A stretch of 40,375 bases of DNA, from the IMG/VR virus record IMGVR_UViG_3300037307_000307; one strand, given 5' to 3'. The DNA comes from a virus (Duplodnaviria > Heunggongvirae > Uroviricota > Caudoviricetes). The notes below the pieces were generated by a model, which did not search any database, was not told the DNA's origin, and worked only from the letters and a program-made list of their open reading frames with translations. The position numbers and the translations under genes were made by a program. Of the stretch, positions 36,756 through 40,375 are shown one piece after another. How positions within the stretch are numbered: the first letter of the stretch is position 1; every line of letters begins with the position of its first letter.

Positions 36756-36929
36756 ATGATTGAAGTAAAAAATGGTAGTGGAAGGGCTAGATGTGTTATA
36801 TGTCAAGAGATTGTTCCTAAAGGTGAGAACAATCAAGTAAATATTACATCTTATAAATTTAGAGAAAGTTGTCATAGGGATTGTATCATACATTGGGAAA
36901 GGATAAAAATAATAAAAGGTTTAGAATAA
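36756..36929 (+). CDS. Small Zn-finger protein
   Basis: GRARCVIC...CHRDC. Confidence 0.6.
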   Translation: MIEVKNGSGRARCVICQEIVPKGENNQVNITSYKFRESCHRDCIIHWERIKIIKGLE

Positions 36930-37005
36930 TCAGATATGAGATTTTTAAATTCTATTGTATATATTATGGTAAAACAAATAAATAAAAATGAAAGGAGGTG
37001 TTAAG

Positions 37006-37527
37006 ATGAATAATTACGAACAAATATTATACGGAAGATTAAAAAAGGTAATTTCTACAACTTGTTTTCAATATCAAAACATAACTTGTGGCGAAGTGGA
37101 AAGTGCTTTGTTCAGGCTTTATGAAGAGGAACATTCTAGTAATTCAAAAGATGAGGATGATGAAAAAGAAGAGCCAGAACAAAAAGAAGAACTTAGCAAA
37201 ATTGAAAAATCTAGAATTAGTTCAAGAAATTATTATCAGAAGAATAAAGATAATATATTGGCTAAAAGAAAAGAAAAAACTAAAGCTAAAAAAACTAAAA
37301 CTAGAACAAGAACTAAATTCTCCGATAAAGCATTTTTAATGTTGGCTGAAAATAGAGATATGCAACCTTTAGAACTTTCAAATAAAATTAAACAGGAGTT
37401 AAATGAGAATGTTTCTGCTAAAGCTATCAGCAACTGGAGACATAATCATAAGGCTGTTGTTGTCAAACTTGAAGAAAATAAATCTGAAGAGCCACAACAA
37501 TCTGTTGAAAATTTCTTTGAAAAATGA
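37006..37527 (+). CDS. Putative DNA-binding protein (start MNNYE)
   Basis: Acidic then basic segments; C-terminal HTH-like VSAKAISNWR; GGAGGT upstream. Confidence 0.6.
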   Translation: MNNYEQILYGRLKKVISTTCFQYQNITCGEVESALFRLYEEEHSSNSKDEDDEKEEPEQKEELSKIEKSRISSRNYYQKNKDNILAKRKEKTKAKKTKTRTRTKFSDKAFLMLAENRDMQPLELSNKIKQELNENVSAKAISNWRHNHKAVVVKLEENKSEEPQQSVENFFEK

Positions 37528-37766
37528 AAAATCCACTAAACAAGAAAGATAAATTTAGTAGTATGGATAGAGATGAACTTACTAGAGTTATCAAAATGCT
37601 TACAATGGAAATAAATGGTAATAGAGGTTTGGCTATACCTCGCTACAATAGTTGGAGTGAGAAAAATATGCGTCAATTTATTAGATTTTTATATCGCAAT
37701 TTAAAAGAGGAATATATTGCTAAAGTAGAAGTGGTAAATAGTTTTGATAAAGATGAAGTTAATTAA
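37524..37766 (+). CDS. Hypothetical protein
   Basis: Overlap-coupled 80-aa ORF. Confidence 0.6.
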   Translation: MKNPLNKKDKFSSMDRDELTRVIKMLTMEINGNRGLAIPRYNSWSEKNMRQFIRFLYRNLKEEYIAKVEVVNSFDKDEVN

Positions 37767-38127
37767 GAATTTAGAAGAATTGAAACTTGGGCAAAGCATT
37801 GCTTGGAAAAGCATATCAGATAATGTTTGGTTATATATAACTAAAGTTAAAGGGTTTCATAAAAAAACAACTTATCCTAATAAAATAAATGGTATCGTAT
37901 ATCAAACTCAAAATTTTATAGATTACGATATTGTCACCATATCAAACAATAATAATATTTATACTATGGGTTATGAAATGTTATTAGGAAGAGTTAGAAT
38001 GTTTCAACACGGAAAGGAACTTATTACAACAACACATTACAATGATAAAATGTTCGAAGCTTGGTTATTAGAAGATGAAAGCGACCATCTATTTATATTA
38101 AAGCACATGCTAGCCGATAGCTTATAG
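37753..38127 (+). CDS. Hypothetical protein
   Basis: Overlap-coupled ORF. Confidence 0.65.
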   Translation: MKLIKNLEELKLGQSIAWKSISDNVWLYITKVKGFHKKTTYPNKINGIVYQTQNFIDYDIVTISNNNNIYTMGYEMLLGRVRMFQHGKELITTTHYNDKMFEAWLLEDESDHLFILKHMLADSL

Positions 38128-38162
38128 GAAAAGTATTTAAAGATAAAGAACTATATTTGGTT

Positions 38163-38771
38163 ATGGATAATTATCTTGAAACTAAAATTAAAGGTTTTTT
38201 ACTCAGAGGATTTAGCAAAGAGGAAGTTAGCAAAATGTTAAATGTTCCTCTCGAGGATGTCCAAAGCATTCAAATCGGCGATGATGTGTCAGTAAATAGC
38301 TCGGCTCTGTTCACAGATTTGCAAAAAGATTTGGCAAAACTTGTATTAAAAGAAATGCAAAATACTAATGGCGATGGTGCTTTAATACTAAATGCTATCA
38401 AACTTCAAGCAGAGTTACAAGATAAAAAATTAATGTTAAGTAAATCAATGGTCACAACAACAAAATTAAGTAGGTCATTTGTTAAAGATAGAGATAAAGA
38501 AATTGAGCGTTTATTCAAAGATGGTAATACAAAAGATATTATCGCTAAAAAATTGGGCATATCTCAAATAATTGTTGAACGCGCTCTGGACCGTTGCAAT
38601 CTTGGTTTGTCAGACGAACTTTGGGAGGGTTTAGATGCGACTGTTATAACGGAAACTGCTGGTCTTGACAATGCTACTCGATTAAAAATATTAGAGGAAG
38701 CTTATAAAAATAATTACTCTAAAAGAAAGGTTAGAGATATTGTTATTCAAATTAAAAATAATAATCAATAA
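38163..38771 (+). CDS. Protein with two HTH-like segments
   Basis: GFSKEEVSKMLNV and TKDIIAKKLGISQIIVERAL; TATA-like tttaaaga at 38136. Confidence 0.65.
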   Translation: MDNYLETKIKGFLLRGFSKEEVSKMLNVPLEDVQSIQIGDDVSVNSSALFTDLQKDLAKLVLKEMQNTNGDGALILNAIKLQAELQDKKLMLSKSMVTTTKLSRSFVKDRDKEIERLFKDGNTKDIIAKKLGISQIIVERALDRCNLGLSDELWEGLDATVITETAGLDNATRLKILEEAYKNNYSKRKVRDIVIQIKNNNQ

Positions 38772-38815
38772 TATGAAATAAATAAATTCGCGGCGACCGG
38801 CGACTGGCGACTAAT

Positions 38816-39070
38816 ATGTTAAACTGGATTAAAAATAAACTAGCACAAAGAAGAATTAACTTAGAGAATGAGATTAGACAAACTCATTACGATTTGCTAC
38901 ATATTGGTATGCACGGAAAATTAACTTGGGATATGTATTCACACACCCAGGATAAATACACTCATCTTCAGGCAACATATTTGCAAAGATATGGTCATTA
39001 TTTTAGGGAGGGAGATATTGGGGCAAACTTGCCGGATAGGTCAGTACATGGAACAGAACGGAAAAGATAA
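38816..39070 (+). CDS. Hypothetical protein
   Basis: 84-aa ORF starting 4 nt after a triple heptad. Confidence 0.55.
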   Translation: MLNWIKNKLAQRRINLENEIRQTHYDLLHIGMHGKLTWDMYSHTQDKYTHLQATYLQRYGHYFREGDIGANLPDRSVHGTERKR

Positions 39071-40375
39071 GATAAGAGTTATTGAGATTAGAACTGAGGG
39101 TCTTCCCATGAAGCCTATAAATGAATTTATAGAGATGCAAGGAGGATTTAAAGTTATGGATGATAAACGCGAGAAAAAGATAATGCAAAATTTAATTGAA
39201 AATGGTTTCATCTCTCCTGTCTTTATGTGGCAAGGTCAAATATTAGATGGCCACCAGCGTCTTAGAGCTTTATCTAAATTAATTGCAGATGGTTATACTA
39301 TTTCTTACAAAGGCGACAATGTTGGCAATCAAGTTCCTTATATCATAATCAACGCAAAGGACCGTCAAGAGGCGGCTAAATTCATTTTAACATATAATTC
39401 TCAATATGGTCAAATTGTAGCATTAGATGAATTCCTAGAGGAGTTTAAACTTAATTGGGAAGATATAGATACGCAACTTAATCTTAATACTGAATATGAC
39501 CGTAAACGCATCGGACGAGGTTCTGATAAATTAAAACAAAATTGGATTATGCCTCCATTCTCCATACTCGACACTCGTCAAACTTATTGGCAAGAGCGTA
39601 GGTCAGATTGGTATAATCTTATAGGCAATACTTCATTCACCCGAGAAAATGCATTAGGCGATGACCTTATAGGCTCTATCAATGAGGGTGTATCCTTATT
39701 CGACCCAGTCCTTGCAGAGATTATATTTCACTGGTTTAGCCCGGCCCGGGGAACAGTGCTAAATCTGTTTGCTGGAGATGTCGAACCTAATATTGTCGCA
39801 GCATACCACGGTCATAAAGTAGAAGGTATTGAACTTAGACAGGACCAAATCGAACACACAAATAGAATAGCTACTAAACTTAATATTCAGAAATCGATTA
39901 ACATTGTATGTGATGATGTTTTAAATATAAATAATCACATTAAAGATGGTAGCGCAGACTTATTGTTTTCTTGTCCACCATATTACGACCTTGAAGAGTA
40001 CTCTGACGATGAACGTGATTTTGCTAATAAAAATGAGGCCGATTTTGATTCGCTCCTGCAGCAAGTTATAAACGCCGGTGCCCAGAAGTTAAAAGATAAT
40101 AGATTTGCTGTATTTGTCGTTAGTGAGGTCCGCCGCCCCGACGGTTCATATCGTGGTTTTGTCCCTAAAGTAATACGCTGGTTTGAGGAGGCCGGTCTTA
40201 AATATTATAATGAAATTGTGCTTATCAATTCAATAGGTACACTTCCTTTCCGTGTAAATAAAATGTGGCAAAATCGTAAAGTCGGCAAAATGCATCAAAA
40301 CGTGCTGGTTTTCTTTAAAGGTAAAATAAAAGAGGTAGATAAGGATTTTAAAAAAACTCGCCAAGTGGGCACGGT
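39048..40375 (+). CDS. ParB-like N-terminal domain fused to an amino (N6A/N4C) DNA methyltransferase, truncated by the window end (not in ORF track)
   Basis: Manual translation from ATG 39048 stays open to the end: ILDGHQRL (ParB-like), FDPVLAE, VLNLFAG (motif I), FSCPPYYDLE (motif IV) and HQNVLVFFKG. Confidence 0.85.
   Translation, partial: MEQNGKDKIRVIEIRTEGLPMKPINEFIEMQGGFKVMDDKREKKIMQNLIENGFISPVFMWQGQILDGHQRLRALSKLIADGYTISYKGDNVGNQVPYIIINAKDRQEAAKFILTYNSQYGQIVALDEFLEEFKLNWEDIDTQLNLNTEYDRKRIGRGSDKLKQNWIMPPFSILDTRQTYWQERRSDWYNLIGNTSFTRENALGDDLIGSINEGVSLFDPVLAEIIFHWFSPARGTVLNLFAGDVEPNIVAAYHGHKVEGIELRQDQIEHTNRIATKLNIQKSINIVCDDVLNINNHIKDGSADLLFSCPPYYDLEEYSDDERDFANKNEADFDSLLQQVINAGAQKLKDNRFAVFVVSEVRRPDGSYRGFVPKVIRWFEEAGLKYYNEIVLINSIGTLPFRVNKMWQNRKVGKMHQNVLVFFKGKIKEVDKDFKKTRQVGT

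Noticed and set aside
38163-38771. Terminase small subunit (HTH protein next to a ParB-methylase, as in tailed phages)
   Set aside because: No large terminase, portal or HK97 capsid in the window; only generic HTH features are visible.
24648-38811. Triple heptads as simple Shine-Dalgarno variants (GGCGA for GGTGA)
   Set aside because: Normal GGAGG/GGAGGT sites exist elsewhere, three copies are reversed and non-coding, and fixed triplication is not explained.

Overview
This AT-rich window looks like most of the genome of an archaeal spindle-shaped (lemon-shaped) virus; both window ends cut through a gene. The left arm (1-20.4 kb, minus strand) is a morphogenesis module. It holds three near-identical 76-aa two-helix major capsid proteins of SSV1 VP1/VP3 type, each with its own promoter, and a fourth capsid/pilin-like paralog with a class III (KG|Q) leader. 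It also holds an FtsK/HerA-type ATPase, a 1331-aa secreted membrane-anchored Gly-rich adhesin, membrane proteins, and a 2078-aa protein that appears to carry an embedded Pol-beta-like (AbiEii/MenT-like) nucleotidyltransferase domain. The right arm (20.6-40.4 kb, plus strand) holds a basic protein, a tyrosine recombinase flanked by two copies of a 6-bp-spacer inverted repeat, and a repeat-dense mostly non-coding control region (22.2-23.8 kb). It continues with many small early-type genes: Zn fingers, a minimal ATP-dependent ligase, a MoxR ATPase plus HExxH/vWA partner, and a ParB-DNA methylase. Cis-elements read from the DNA: a left-arm promoter AACCATSTTTAWAAA (6 copies), a TACTAGTA palindrome (4), a right-arm promoter-like motif (6), an unexplained triple heptad (YGGCGAV)3 (9) and a GATAGGTSAG motif (7). 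GATC appears strongly avoided. No rRNA, tRNA, CRISPR array, DNA polymerase, primase, terminase or HK97-type capsid gene was recognised. All family assignments are by-eye motif recognition without database searches, and host identity is inference only.
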